Assembly: GCA_029060625.1 (NCBI GenBank)
Contig: JAIDTO010000261.1
Coordinates: 1 to 60,885 of the forward strand
Length of the DNA: 60,885 nt
DNA from: Muribaculaceae bacterium
Lineage (GTDB): Bacteria; Bacteroidota; Bacteroidia; Bacteroidales; Muribaculaceae
Direction: 5' to 3'
The notes under the pieces were generated by a model that saw only the letters and a list, made by a program, of their open reading frames with translations, did not search any database and was not told where the DNA came from. Positions 1-9,347 of the stretch are shown piece by piece (position 1 is the stretch's first letter; every line of letters begins with the position of its first letter). Position numbers and translations under genes: made by a program.

Positions 1-1893
1 GCCACCGACAAGTCTGTGACATGGACATCCTCTGATCCTTCAGTTGCTACTGTTTCGGCAAACGGAGTTGTGACTGCCGTCAATGCCGGCACGACCACCA
101 TCACGGCATCTTCTTCAAACGGCATGACCGCGACATGCAGCGTGACCGTTGCCAAAAGAGGAGGTGACTTCAAATACGGGGAACTATGGTACACTATCCT
201 TGATGCCGACGCAAGGACCTGCCGGACAAAGGCAGGGGACGTTGATAACGCCGGCAACGTCTGCGCCGGTGCCCTGGAGATCCCGTCAACCGTATCAGAC
301 GGCGTATATGAATATACTGTTGTCCAGATCGGTTACAGGGGATTCGCCGGTAATGCAATTATCTCAGTGGTGATTCCGGAGTCCGTGACCTCGATCGGGG
401 ACATGGCATTTGACAACTGCAATGCATTGGAAAGGGTATCGTACCAGTCAGGAAAACCTGTGGCTGCAAATGAGGATGTATTCACTGCGGCAACCTACAG
501 GGACGCCCTGCTCAACACTCCCAAGGCGACACTTGCCGATGTGCTTGCCGTAGCCCCATGGAAGAACTTCTATCAGATCGAGGCAGCTGACGGCAGCATC
601 AGGGTCCCGAAGGCAGGCGAGGATGTAGAGGTAGACGGCATAGTGTATACGGTGACAGATGAGACCGGCCACACCCTGCAGACCAAGGCTGGCAGCGAAG
701 ACGGCCTGATTGGAAACACTGCAGAGGGGAATCTCGTCATTCCTGAGACAGTCTCCGTCGCTGCCCGCGACTACACCGTCACCGAGATCGGCGACTACGG
801 CTTCAGCGGCAACCCCGGCCTTCTCTCCGTGACAATCCCGGAAACCGTCACCAACATCGGCACGGACGCCTTCTCCGACTGCGAGCGCCTGACATCGCTC
901 GTATGGAAGGGAGATACCCAGCTTCAGAGAGAAGTGGTGGATGCAATCGGCAACCCCAACCTCCTTGTCTATGTCAACGACGGGAAGTATGCTCCGGAAG
1001 GCCTTGACCATAACATAGTGGCGGGCGGTGTCTGCGACAACCTCGTGCTCACCCCGGGCTACCCGTTCACTCCGGTCATGGAGCTCACTGCCAACCACAG
1101 CGAGATCACCAAGGAGTTCACGCAGCTCACCCCGATAGGCGGGTGCGCCGGCTGGGAGACGCTTGCGATCCCATTCGAACCTACTGAAATCATTGCTGAA
1201 GACGGCAGGCAGCTCGTTGCATTCCCTGACTTCACCAACATCGACACCCAATGCCCGTTCTGGCTCTACGAGGCCGATGCCGCCGGGGAATGGAAGGAAG
1301 CATCTGCAATACATCAGGGTGTGCCTTACTTAGTGTCGATGCCTAACAATGACACATATGATGAGCAATATTGCATCCATGGTGCCGTCAAATTCTCAAC
1401 GGACGATGAGACCGTCATAACCCCTGAGACCACTGTGCCCTACATCACCACCTGGGCATCAGGACGCGAGTTCCGCTCGCTGTGGCTCCCGCTTGACGAG
1501 GCAGAGGCAGCAGATGCAATGGGCCTGAATGTGGGAATCGACGACCTGAGAAACGATGACGGCGAACTGCTTCAACCCGGATCGGCATTCCACGCAGACG
1601 TGCTCCCGCGTCCACTCGAGGCATATGTGAACCGCATCGACGGACGCCGCTATATGCCGGTCCGCGGTGACCAGAGCTTTGTCAAGATGATCTCGGCCGG
1701 CGACGGACTCCGCATCGCGGTTGACCTCGGCAAGATCACTCTGTCGTCAGACAGCGACCGCACCATCGACGTTGTGACAATGGACGGCGTTCTGCTCCGC
1801 AGGGCCCACGTGAAGGCAGGAGTGGCCTACAGAATGGAAAATCTCACGCGCGGCATCTATATCGTTGCCGGACGCAAGATAACAGTTAAGTAA
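1..1893 (+). CDS. 5'-truncated surface protein: bacterial Ig-like (Big_2) domain, two BspA-type LRR modules, C-terminal secretion-type tail
   Basis: Frame is open from base 1. VTWTSSDPSVATVS..G.VTAV..GTTTITA is a Big_2 signature; IPESVTSIGDMAFDNC and IPETVTNIGTDAFSDC are BspA-type LRRs; the protein ends GIYIVAGRKITVK, resembling a T9SS C-terminal domain. Confidence 0.8.
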   Translation, partial: ATDKSVTWTSSDPSVATVSANGVVTAVNAGTTTITASSSNGMTATCSVTVAKRGGDFKYGELWYTILDADARTCRTKAGDVDNAGNVCAGALEIPSTVSDGVYEYTVVQIGYRGFAGNAIISVVIPESVTSIGDMAFDNCNALERVSYQSGKPVAANEDVFTAATYRDALLNTPKATLADVLAVAPWKNFYQIEAADGSIRVPKAGEDVEVDGIVYTVTDETGHTLQTKAGSEDGLIGNTAEGNLVIPETVSVAARDYTVTEIGDYGFSGNPGLLSVTIPETVTNIGTDAFSDCERLTSLVWKGDTQLQREVVDAIGNPNLLVYVNDGKYAPEGLDHNIVAGGVCDNLVLTPGYPFTPVMELTANHSEITKEFTQLTPIGGCAGWETLAIPFEPTEIIAEDGRQLVAFPDFTNIDTQCPFWLYEADAAGEWKEASAIHQGVPYLVSMPNNDTYDEQYCIHGAVKFSTDDETVITPETTVPYITTWASGREFRSLWLPLDEAEAADAMGLNVGIDDLRNDDGELLQPGSAFHADVLPRPLEAYVNRIDGRRYMPVRGDQSFVKMISAGDGLRIAVDLGKITLSSDSDRTIDVVTMDGVLLRRAHVKAGVAYRMENLTRGIYIVAGRKITVK

Positions 1894-1897
1894 TGAT

Positions 1898-3826
1898 ATG
1901 AAAAGAAAATTATTGACCTTAGCTTTGATAGCCCTGCCTTCCCTCTGGGGAGGCACGGCTTTCGCCGCGCACCTCTCGAAAGCGGAGGAGGCTGCGCAGA
2001 AAATCATGGACGATGAGAACTATCTCTATGGTACGGGTGTGGGTGCTGACCGCCAGGAGGCTATGCAGGCTGCCCTCGCCGATATGATCGGCAAGATTTC
2101 CGTCAACATCACTTCGTCTACTTCTTTATCAGGTAGCGAAACCCTCAATGCCGACGGCTCGATTGATTCGAAGATGAATATGCAGACCATGATCAAGAGT
2201 TATTCTGCGCCTGCAAATCTGGAAGGGGTAGAGAGCCTTTGGCTTTCTGACAAGGCACCCGACTTCAGGGTCATGACCTACCTGAAACGTGAGCAGGTGG
2301 AGAAAATGTTTGAGCGCCGCCGCGACAATGTGGCTAATCTCGTACGCGAGGGAATACGCGCTGAGGAGAGTGGAAAGATCGACCTTGCCCTCCGCTATCT
2401 CTACCAAGCCTACGTTATACTCGGCAGTCTTCCTGATGCCCGGACTTTTGAGGCAAAAATTGATGGCACGCCACGTCTGCTTTCCACATGGATTCCGGAG
2501 CAGATGCGTGATATCTGTGCCAACGTGCGCATTGGTATCGCTGAGGTGTCAAAGCCGGACGATGCCGGGGGAAAGACTGTGTCGATCATGGCTCACTACA
2601 AAGGGGAACCAGCCACAAGCATCGGTTTCAGCTATTGGCGTGGATCGCAAGGACAGTCTCCTATCATCACTGCACGCGACGGTATGGCTGAGATAGAGGT
2701 GACTCCCACGACTCCGCTCGATCCTCTCGCCCTTGACATTGAATACCGTTTCCCTGACGAGAACCACCTTGTGCCGGAGTTCCAACCTCTGCTCGAGGCT
2801 TTTAACGGTGCGGGACTTGTCCCCAACGCTCATCTCTCCCTGACTGAGAATGCAAAGGGCCTCAAGAGCGACAAGAAGGAGGCACAGGCTTTCAAGGAAG
2901 CTGTGTCAGCCGGTGCTCACGAGGGGATTCAGATTACTTCAAAGGAGGAAAGTTCACCTTTCGTAGGATCAATGGAAAAGATTGTATATGCAATCGTCAA
3001 TAAAAACTACAAGGGTTTGCAGCCTCTCTTCACTGAGGAGGGATACAAGATGTTTGAAAGTCTAATCCATTACGGCAACGCAAAGATCCTTGGTAAGGCT
3101 ACCCGCGAGACGTATGAGTTTTATCCGATGAAGGAACGCACTGTTTGCCGTTCCATCCCGATGCAGTTCAGTTTCGAGGGTGGCAAACGAAAGTTTACGG
3201 AAGACGTCACTTTCACTTTCAATCAGGATGGCCTGATCGAGAGCCTTGCGTTTGGACTCGGCAGCGTGGCGCGCAAGGACATTTTCTCAATGGAAGGAGA
3301 GGCATGGACTGACTATATGAAGATGGTAGTGGTGACATTCCTCGAAAACTATAAGACTGCTTTTGCGCTGAAGCGTCTCGACTTTATAGAGACCATGTTT
3401 GACGATGATGCTGTCATCATCGTGGGCCATGTGGTCAAGAAACTCGAAAAACGCCGCGAGGGAGACCAGGACATCATCGAAAACAAGGAGCACGTCACTT
3501 ACGCACGAAAGACCAAGGCTGAATACATCGACCAACTCAAACGTTGCTTTGCATCCAACCAGTTTATCAACATCCGCTTCGCCAATACAGATGTGGGTGC
3601 GGTCGACGTAGGAGAGGACACATACGGCATACAGCTCCGTCAGGAATACTTCTCCTCTTCTTACGGCGACGTGGGCTACCTTTATCTGATGGTGGATTTC
3701 CTCAATCCTGATGAGCCAATCATCAAGGTGCGCACATGGCAGCCGGAGCGTAAGCCTGACCTGACCCCCAATCTCCCCAAGGATTCTCCTTACAACGGAA
3801 TCTTCTCCAACGGCTATTTCGGCTAA
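1898..3826 (+). CDS. Secreted protein with N-terminal LPP20-like domain and C-terminal NTF2-like domain
   Basis: 642-aa ORF with signal peptide MKRKLLTLALIALPSLWGGTAFA. YLYGTG.G....EA.QAALADM..KISVNI resembles LPP20; ENYKTAFALKRLDFIETMFDDDAVIIVG resembles a Bacteroidota NTF2-like domain. Domain names are from recognition only. Confidence 0.6.
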   Translation: MKRKLLTLALIALPSLWGGTAFAAHLSKAEEAAQKIMDDENYLYGTGVGADRQEAMQAALADMIGKISVNITSSTSLSGSETLNADGSIDSKMNMQTMIKSYSAPANLEGVESLWLSDKAPDFRVMTYLKREQVEKMFERRRDNVANLVREGIRAEESGKIDLALRYLYQAYVILGSLPDARTFEAKIDGTPRLLSTWIPEQMRDICANVRIGIAEVSKPDDAGGKTVSIMAHYKGEPATSIGFSYWRGSQGQSPIITARDGMAEIEVTPTTPLDPLALDIEYRFPDENHLVPEFQPLLEAFNGAGLVPNAHLSLTENAKGLKSDKKEAQAFKEAVSAGAHEGIQITSKEESSPFVGSMEKIVYAIVNKNYKGLQPLFTEEGYKMFESLIHYGNAKILGKATRETYEFYPMKERTVCRSIPMQFSFEGGKRKFTEDVTFTFNQDGLIESLAFGLGSVARKDIFSMEGEAWTDYMKMVVVTFLENYKTAFALKRLDFIETMFDDDAVIIVGHVVKKLEKRREGDQDIIENKEHVTYARKTKAEYIDQLKRCFASNQFINIRFANTDVGAVDVGEDTYGIQLRQEYFSSSYGDVGYLYLMVDFLNPDEPIIKVRTWQPERKPDLTPNLPKDSPYNGIFSNGYFG

Positions 3827-3833
3827 TGAAAAT

Positions 3834-3866
3834 AAATGGCAGGCCCATAAGCCTGCCATTTCCTTT
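3834..3866 (+). terminator. Intrinsic terminator-like hairpin after the LPP20/NTF2 gene
   Basis: AAATGGCAGGC-ccataa-GCCTGCCATTT followed by cctttt-like T-rich bases. Confidence 0.7.
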
Positions 3867-3881
3867 AGGGGTTGAAAGAAT

Positions 3882-3911
3882 AAAAAAAGACACTGCCTAA
3901 GCAGTGTCTTT
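3882..3911 (-). terminator. Intrinsic terminator downstream of tRNA-Pro
   Basis: AAAGACACTGC-ctaa-GCAGTGTCTTT; the A-run at its left reads as a U-tract on the minus strand. Confidence 0.8.
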
Positions 3912-3914
3912 ATG

Positions 3915-3988
3915 TCGGGGTGACAGGATTCGAACCTGCGACCACCTGGTCCCAAACCAGGTGCGCTACCGGACTGCGCTACGCCCCG
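3915..3988 (-). tRNA. tRNA-Pro (anticodon TGG)
   Basis: Reverse complement CGGGGCG TA GCGC AGTCCGGTA GCGC A CCTGG TTTGGGA CCAGG TGGTC GCAGG TTCGAAT CCTGT CACCCCG A forms a full cloverleaf; CCA is not encoded. Confidence 0.97.
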
Positions 3989-4017
3989 ATTGCTGAGGGG
4001 ATTTCCCTTTAGCACTG

Positions 4018-4049
4018 CAAAATTAATGCTTTTTCGTGAATCATCCAAA
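4018..4049 (-). promoter_or_regulatory. Bacteroidota sigma-A promoter for tRNA-Pro
   Basis: Minus strand TTTG (4049-4046), 20 nt spacer, TAATTTTG (4025-4018); matches the TTTG-N19-21-TAnnTTTG consensus. Confidence 0.75.
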
Positions 4050-4119
4050 CATTTTCCCATTTTTTTTCAAAATTATACTCGGATAATAACATTTCCACCT
4101 CTATATTCGTTACTTCAAT

Positions 4120-4515
4120 ATGAAACATCTAAGAAATATCCTTAAAGTCACTGCCATCTTGGCAGCACTTATACTGACTGTGCCGGCCTTTGCCGACAAG
4201 AAAGACTCGAAGATATCTTTCAAGGAAACTGTCTACGATTTCGGGAAAGTGTCCCTTAAAGGTGGAAAAGTTTCTCATGAGTTCTCCTTTACTAATGAAG
4301 GAGGCCGGAATCTCGTGATAACTAATGCCAGGGCGGATTGCGGATGCACTCGTCCTGAATATGATGATTCTCCCGTAGCCCCGGGTAAGGGTGGAAAGGT
4401 GAAAGTGACTTTTGCCCCGGCGGCGAAGGGACACTTCTCTAAGAAAGTCACTGTAACTACGAACGGAAGTCCGCGAAAGGCGAGACTCCTGATTAAAGGG
4501 GAGGTAGTAGAATGA
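4120..4515 (+). CDS. DUF1573 domain exported protein
   Basis: Signal peptide; YDFGKV...F.FTN.G...LVI..ARADCGCT.PEY...PVAPG motif. Confidence 0.85.
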   Translation: MKHLRNILKVTAILAALILTVPAFADKKDSKISFKETVYDFGKVSLKGGKVSHEFSFTNEGGRNLVITNARADCGCTRPEYDDSPVAPGKGGKVKVTFAPAAKGHFSKKVTVTTNGSPRKARLLIKGEVVE

Positions 4516-5270
4516 AAAGTTTATTTAAAGGTGGAAATCGTCCATGGCAGGCAATTGCAGTTGTCTGCCTGTTGGCATTGGCGCCTGTGGCATATTCCCA
4601 AATAGAGAAATCCCTTCAGTTTATACCGGACAAGGTTGACTTTGGGGTGATAAGGGAGGAGAATGGCAAGGTGTCGCGTAAGGTGAAGGCTGTAAACATC
4701 TCCACGGACTCCACCTTCATAGTTTCTGCCCGCACAAGCTGTGGATGCTCGGCTGCGGAATATTCTGAAGAGATATTTGCTCCCGGCGACACCACAGAGG
4801 TCACCATTTCATACGACCCTACAAACCGCCCCGGAAAATTTCAGAAAACGGCAAGGTTCTTCACTGGGAAAGAAAGAATAGGAAATTCCATTAAGCTCAA
4901 TGGCACAGTTATACCAAGCAAGAGAAATCTTGACAAGGCATACCCTGAAAAGGCAGGTGTCCTAAGGCTGAGCACATTGATGTTGAATGCCGGAGAAGTG
5001 TCAAGAGCAGAGGCTCGTCCACTCTTTGTGGGTCTATATAATGACAGCGATGCTCCATTGGCCCTCTCCGCATCCTCCGATGCCGATGCTCTCGAAGCCG
5101 GGCTTGCTCCTGACACCATTGAGCCCTTTGGCATCGCCACCCTCACGCTTATGCTTAAAGGCAGGAACATTCCTGCATCCGATACGGAAATCTTATACAA
5201 AGCAAACCTTATCAATACTTCTTCATCAGATACCATTCTCTCCATACCTGTCGTAGGAAGTGTAAAATAA
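4512..5270 (+). CDS. DUF1573 domain exported protein
   Basis: DFGVIREE..ARTSCGCS..EYS...APG..Y.P.NRPGKF.K; 4-nt ATGA overlap with the upstream gene. Confidence 0.8.
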   Translation: MKSLFKGGNRPWQAIAVVCLLALAPVAYSQIEKSLQFIPDKVDFGVIREENGKVSRKVKAVNISTDSTFIVSARTSCGCSAAEYSEEIFAPGDTTEVTISYDPTNRPGKFQKTARFFTGKERIGNSIKLNGTVIPSKRNLDKAYPEKAGVLRLSTLMLNAGEVSRAEARPLFVGLYNDSDAPLALSASSDADALEAGLAPDTIEPFGIATLTLMLKGRNIPASDTEILYKANLINTSSSDTILSIPVVGSVK

Positions 5271-5291
5271 CATATTTCAATAGAAGTAACC

Positions 5292-6386
5292 ATGGAACAT
5301 CCCGAAAACGATGCTAAATATACCGGGCTCCGCGTAAATGCAGGAGTGACCTCCAACCCCACGATAAATCCATATAGAAAGGTAGTGAAGAAAAAGAGGG
5401 TTCTGACAGCCGGTGAATATGTGGAAGGTATTCTGAAAGGGGACGTTAGTTTACTTGGACGCGCTGTTACACTAATTGAAAGTACCGCTGACGTTCATCA
5501 GGCAATCGCTCAGGAAGTGATAGAGAAATGTCTTCCATATAGCGGTAATTCCCGGAGAATCGGCATAACCGGTGTGCCGGGCGCAGGTAAGTCGACTTCA
5601 ATTGATGAATTCGGAACATACGTGATTAGGCAAGGCCATAAATTGGCAGTCCTTGCGATTGACCCCAGTAGCGAACGCACTCGTGGCAGTATCCTTGGCG
5701 ACAAGACAAGGATGGAGAAACTCTCACTTGAGAATGACGCCTTCATTCGCCCTTCACCTTCAGGTGGTTCTCTCGGAGGCGTGGCACGCAAGACACGCGA
5801 GACAATAGTGCTTTGTGAGGCTGCCGGATATGACCGTATATTCGTGGAGACTGTCGGTGTTGGCCAAAGCGAGACTGCTGTTCATTCCATGGTCGATTTC
5901 TTCTTGCTCATTCAAGTTGCGGGCACAGGCGATGAACTTCAGGGCATCAAGCGAGGCATCATGGAAATGGCTGACGGGATTGCGATCAATAAGTGTGATG
6001 GTGACAATGTAGACCGTTGCAAGCTTGCTGCCCAGCAGTTCCGCACTGCCCTCATGCTTTTCCCTCCGACACCAAGCAAATGGGTGCCCGAGGTGGTGAC
6101 ATATAGTGGATACTACGGATATGACATCGACAAGGTGTGGGATATGATCGACCGCTACTTCAAATATGTTGAAGAAACCGGGTACTTTGAGCGCAAACGC
6201 AACGAGCAGGCTCGCTATTGGATGACTGAGACTATCGAAGAGCAACTCAGAAACAGTTTCTATCATACCCCCGGTCTTAAAGGACTTTTGGAGCAGAAAG
6301 AAATGCGGGTGCTCAATAATGAGCAATCCTCATTTACGGCCGCAAAAGACGTTCTCGACTTTTATTTTAATTCTTTGCGCAAGTGA
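5292..6386 (+). CDS. meaB: Methylmalonyl-CoA mutase-associated GTPase MeaB/ArgK
   Basis: IGITGVPGAGKST, AIDPSS..GSILGDKTRM, ETVGVGQSE, GDELQGIKRG, NKCD motifs. Confidence 0.95.
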   Translation: MEHPENDAKYTGLRVNAGVTSNPTINPYRKVVKKKRVLTAGEYVEGILKGDVSLLGRAVTLIESTADVHQAIAQEVIEKCLPYSGNSRRIGITGVPGAGKSTSIDEFGTYVIRQGHKLAVLAIDPSSERTRGSILGDKTRMEKLSLENDAFIRPSPSGGSLGGVARKTRETIVLCEAAGYDRIFVETVGVGQSETAVHSMVDFFLLIQVAGTGDELQGIKRGIMEMADGIAINKCDGDNVDRCKLAAQQFRTALMLFPPTPSKWVPEVVTYSGYYGYDIDKVWDMIDRYFKYVEETGYFERKRNEQARYWMTETIEEQLRNSFYHTPGLKGLLEQKEMRVLNNEQSSFTAAKDVLDFYFNSLRK

Positions 6387-6483
6387 TTGAAATATAGCCT
6401 GATGTTTGATATTCACATAAGGGAATGCTATCTATGTGAAAAATAATATTACCGTAAGAGTTGCAGTTGTTAATTTTTTTAAC

Positions 6484-6491
6484 TAACTTTG
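6484..6491 (+). promoter_or_regulatory. -7 promoter element upstream of the WecA-like/wza operon
   Basis: TAACTTTG, with GTTG 20 nt upstream (6460-6463). Confidence 0.6.
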
Positions 6492-6558
6492 CATTGTTGC
6501 ATACTAAATAGCATTGCAATTTACCAACTCCTCAAGTTAAAAAATAGCAGATATACGA

Positions 6559-7692
6559 ATGGCATCATCATTTTGGATATATACGGATTTAGTAGTTTTC
6601 TGCGTGGCTTTATTGCTTACCGGAATCATCATACCTCAAATTCTGCTCATTGCGTTCAGTAAAAAGCTCTTTGACGAAGTCGATGAGCGAAAGATACATA
6701 AAGGAGTCGTCCCAAGACTTGGAGGCATTGCTTTCCTGCCTGCAATTATTTTTTCTATTTGCTTGGTGCTCTCTGTAAATATCAGTTTCGGTGTGTCAGA
6801 TTCATCCGAAGTCTTTGCCGGCTATGGCAAGTCGATCATGTATCTGCTTTGTGCCGAGATGTTGATGTTTCTTGTCGGAATCGCCGACGACCTTATAGGG
6901 GTGAGGTACAAGGCAAAGTTCGTAAGCCAGATACTTGCTGCAATATTTATTTGTGCTTCAGGTGCATATATCCACAATATGGAAGGGCTGTTGTGGATTG
7001 AAGAGCTGCCGTCGTGGCTTGGGTGGTGTATTTCAGGATTTATAGTGGTCTATATCGTCAACGCGATCAATCTCATCGATGGCATTGATGGCCTGGCTTC
7101 CGGACTTAGCGGCATAGCATTGATATTCTATGGAATAGTGCTTGCTCATGCTCAAGAATGGGTCTTGAGTCTTCTTGTATGGGCTCAGCTGGGAACGCTC
7201 GTGCCTTTCTTCTACTATAATGTATTCGGCAATCCCAAGAAACGCAAGAAAATTTTTATGGGTGATACAGGGTCTCTGACCGTTGGTATGATTCTGGCAT
7301 TTATAGCTCTAAATGTCACCAATATAAAGACTCCTGATTTGACGACTGACTATAATCCGATAGTCTTAGCATTTTCCCCATTGATTATTCCTGTATTTGA
7401 CGTGGTGCGTGTGTATTTCCATCGAATCAGGCATCATAGAAACCCATTCTTGCCGGATAAATGCCATATCCATCATAAACTACTTGCCTTAGGTCTTAAC
7501 CAAAGGGCTTCTCTTTGTGCTATTTTGCTATCTGCAGTGATATTTATGCTTGTCAACGTGTGCCTCTCTCCATATGTGTCTGCCACATGGTTGGTAGTCG
7601 GCGATGTTGTGTTGTGGCTTTGCGGCAATATACTCATCACTCGTGCTATCCGAAAGAAAGAAGCAAAGATGCACACAACACTGTATGATTAA
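6559..7692 (+). CDS. MraY/WecA-family undecaprenyl-phosphate HexNAc-1-phosphate transferase
   Basis: RKIH...PRLGG, GIADD, NAINLIDGIDGLASG, FMGDTGS, PDKCHIHH; multiple TM helices. Confidence 0.9.
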   Translation: MASSFWIYTDLVVFCVALLLTGIIIPQILLIAFSKKLFDEVDERKIHKGVVPRLGGIAFLPAIIFSICLVLSVNISFGVSDSSEVFAGYGKSIMYLLCAEMLMFLVGIADDLIGVRYKAKFVSQILAAIFICASGAYIHNMEGLLWIEELPSWLGWCISGFIVVYIVNAINLIDGIDGLASGLSGIALIFYGIVLAHAQEWVLSLLVWAQLGTLVPFFYYNVFGNPKKRKKIFMGDTGSLTVGMILAFIALNVTNIKTPDLTTDYNPIVLAFSPLIIPVFDVVRVYFHRIRHHRNPFLPDKCHIHHKLLALGLNQRASLCAILLSAVIFMLVNVCLSPYVSATWLVVGDVVLWLCGNILITRAIRKKEAKMHTTLYD

Positions 7693-7734
7693 CTTAGAAG
7701 TAGTCTGATTCACTTCTTAAAGACATTTACGTAA

Positions 7735-8580
7735 ATGACAAATAAATCAATATTGAAGGATGCACTTTTAGTGCTTGTTTTAGCAGTTGTCGCTTCAAGT
7801 TGCACCACTCCAAAGAATGTAGGATATTTCCAGGGCTCTGAAAATGCAGGTGTCTATGAAATAGCCGTCGTTGAAAATAAAGCTATTAAGGTGGAGCCTT
7901 TTGACAAGCTGTCGATAACGGTGACTTGTAAGGATCCTGCATTGGCACAGATGTTCAATCTTTTGGTCTTCACAAATAGCACTGCGCAGCGATCTGGATA
8001 TAATGGAACTGTTGATATCAAGGATTACAGTATAGGATATAATGATGGTATCAACGGATTCACCGTTTCTGCAGATGGCACTATAGATTATCCTGTGCTT
8101 GGGAAGATAAAGGTGGAAGGTATGACCCGTGATGAAGTGGCAGCTTTCATAAAAGGAGAGATTGTAGGGCGAGGTCTGATTAAGGATCCTGTGGTTACAG
8201 TGGAATTCCTCAATGTCGGTGTGTCGGTACTCGGAGAGGTCAATTCACCGGGCAGATATGATTTGAATGCAGATGTCATCCCAATCACGGAGGCACTTTC
8301 ACTTGCAAAAGACTTGACTATTCAGGGTAACCGTCAGAATATTAAGGTGCTCAGAAAAGAGGGAGACAACATCAGGACTTATGTCGTGGATATTACCGAC
8401 ACTAAAAATCTATTAAGTTCTCCGGCCTATTATCTTAAACAAGGGGATGTGATCTATGTGGAGCCAAATGATATACGTAAGCGCCAGACTACGGCAAATG
8501 GTAATAGCGTGACTAATGTCAGCTTCTGGATATCGGTGGCTTCATTGTTGACATCGGCAGCCATTCTATTTAAAAAATAA
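7735..8580 (+). CDS. wza: Polysaccharide export outer-membrane lipoprotein
   Basis: Lipobox ASSC; DG.IDYPVLG.I.V.G.T, V.VLGEV..PG.Y, L..GDVIYVEPN. Confidence 0.9.
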   Translation: MTNKSILKDALLVLVLAVVASSCTTPKNVGYFQGSENAGVYEIAVVENKAIKVEPFDKLSITVTCKDPALAQMFNLLVFTNSTAQRSGYNGTVDIKDYSIGYNDGINGFTVSADGTIDYPVLGKIKVEGMTRDEVAAFIKGEIVGRGLIKDPVVTVEFLNVGVSVLGEVNSPGRYDLNADVIPITEALSLAKDLTIQGNRQNIKVLRKEGDNIRTYVVDITDTKNLLSSPAYYLKQGDVIYVEPNDIRKRQTTANGNSVTNVSFWISVASLLTSAAILFKK

Positions 8581-8613
8581 CATTCATACAGGTATTATCT
8601 TTAGGTATCAGAT

Positions 8614-9342
8614 ATGTGGCTTTTTAAAGATAAAGTCGCTTCTATAGGGGAGAGCGGGATGCTTGCAGGGCTTACCGATTGGCATTCACATGTGCTCCCC
8701 GGAGTAGACGACGGCATAAAGACAATGGACGAGGCTTTGGATGTGCTCCGACATTTTGATGCCAAAGGGGTTCAAACCCTTTGGCTGACACCTCATATCA
8801 TGGAGGATTATCCAAACACTACCGATAAGCTTCGACAAAAGTTTGACGAGCTCAAGAATGCTTGGGATGGGAACCTGAAACTTCGGTTGGCTGCAGAAAA
8901 TATGCTTGATTCGCTCTTTGAGGAGCGCCTGGCGGCCCGTGATTTGCTTCCCATCGGCGACAATGCGGATCATCTGCTTGTGGAAACCTCATATTTTTCT
9001 TCTCCAATGGGATTTGACAGCATAATTGATTCAATTATGTCTGCAGGCTATTATCCGCTTCTGGCTCATCCGGAAAGATATACATATATGAATGAGGATG
9101 ACTATAAGCGTCTTAGGGGAAAGGGTGTCAAGATGCAGCTTAATTATGTGTCGCTCGTAGGAGGTTATGGTGAGACTGCAAAAAAGAAGAGCATATGGCT
9201 TCTTAAAAATGGCTTTATTGATGTTGTAGGCAGCGACGTGCATCGTCTCAACAGCAATAAGACACTTATTGCCCAGAAACCATCTAAGAAGGATCATCTT
9301 GAATTGCTTTTACATGTAGCAAAAGACACCAATAAAATCTAA
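8614..9342 (+). CDS. cpsB: CpsB/CapC-type PHP protein-tyrosine phosphatase
   Basis: DWHSHVLPGVDDG, TPH, AHPERY, GSDVH. Confidence 0.9.
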   Translation: MWLFKDKVASIGESGMLAGLTDWHSHVLPGVDDGIKTMDEALDVLRHFDAKGVQTLWLTPHIMEDYPNTTDKLRQKFDELKNAWDGNLKLRLAAENMLDSLFEERLAARDLLPIGDNADHLLVETSYFSSPMGFDSIIDSIMSAGYYPLLAHPERYTYMNEDDYKRLRGKGVKMQLNYVSLVGGYGETAKKKSIWLLKNGFIDVVGSDVHRLNSNKTLIAQKPSKKDHLELLLHVAKDTNKI

Positions 9343-9347
9343 TCTCT

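Noticed and set aside
448-1314. 288-aa minus-strand ORF, and similar long antisense ORFs at 3287-4060, 33085-33828 and 59361-60080
   Set aside because: They lie antisense to well-supported genes (one crosses the tRNA) and have no recognisable motifs; they are shadow ORFs.
5292-6386. meaB without adjacent methylmalonyl-CoA mutase genes
   Set aside because: Linkage to DUF1573 genes instead of the mutase is, to my knowledge, ordinary in Bacteroidales.
6424-6515. Imperfect inverted repeat AATGCTATCTA/TAAATAGCATT around the WecA-like promoter
   Set aside because: Only 8 bp are perfect, in AT-rich DNA; too weak to call an invertible promoter.
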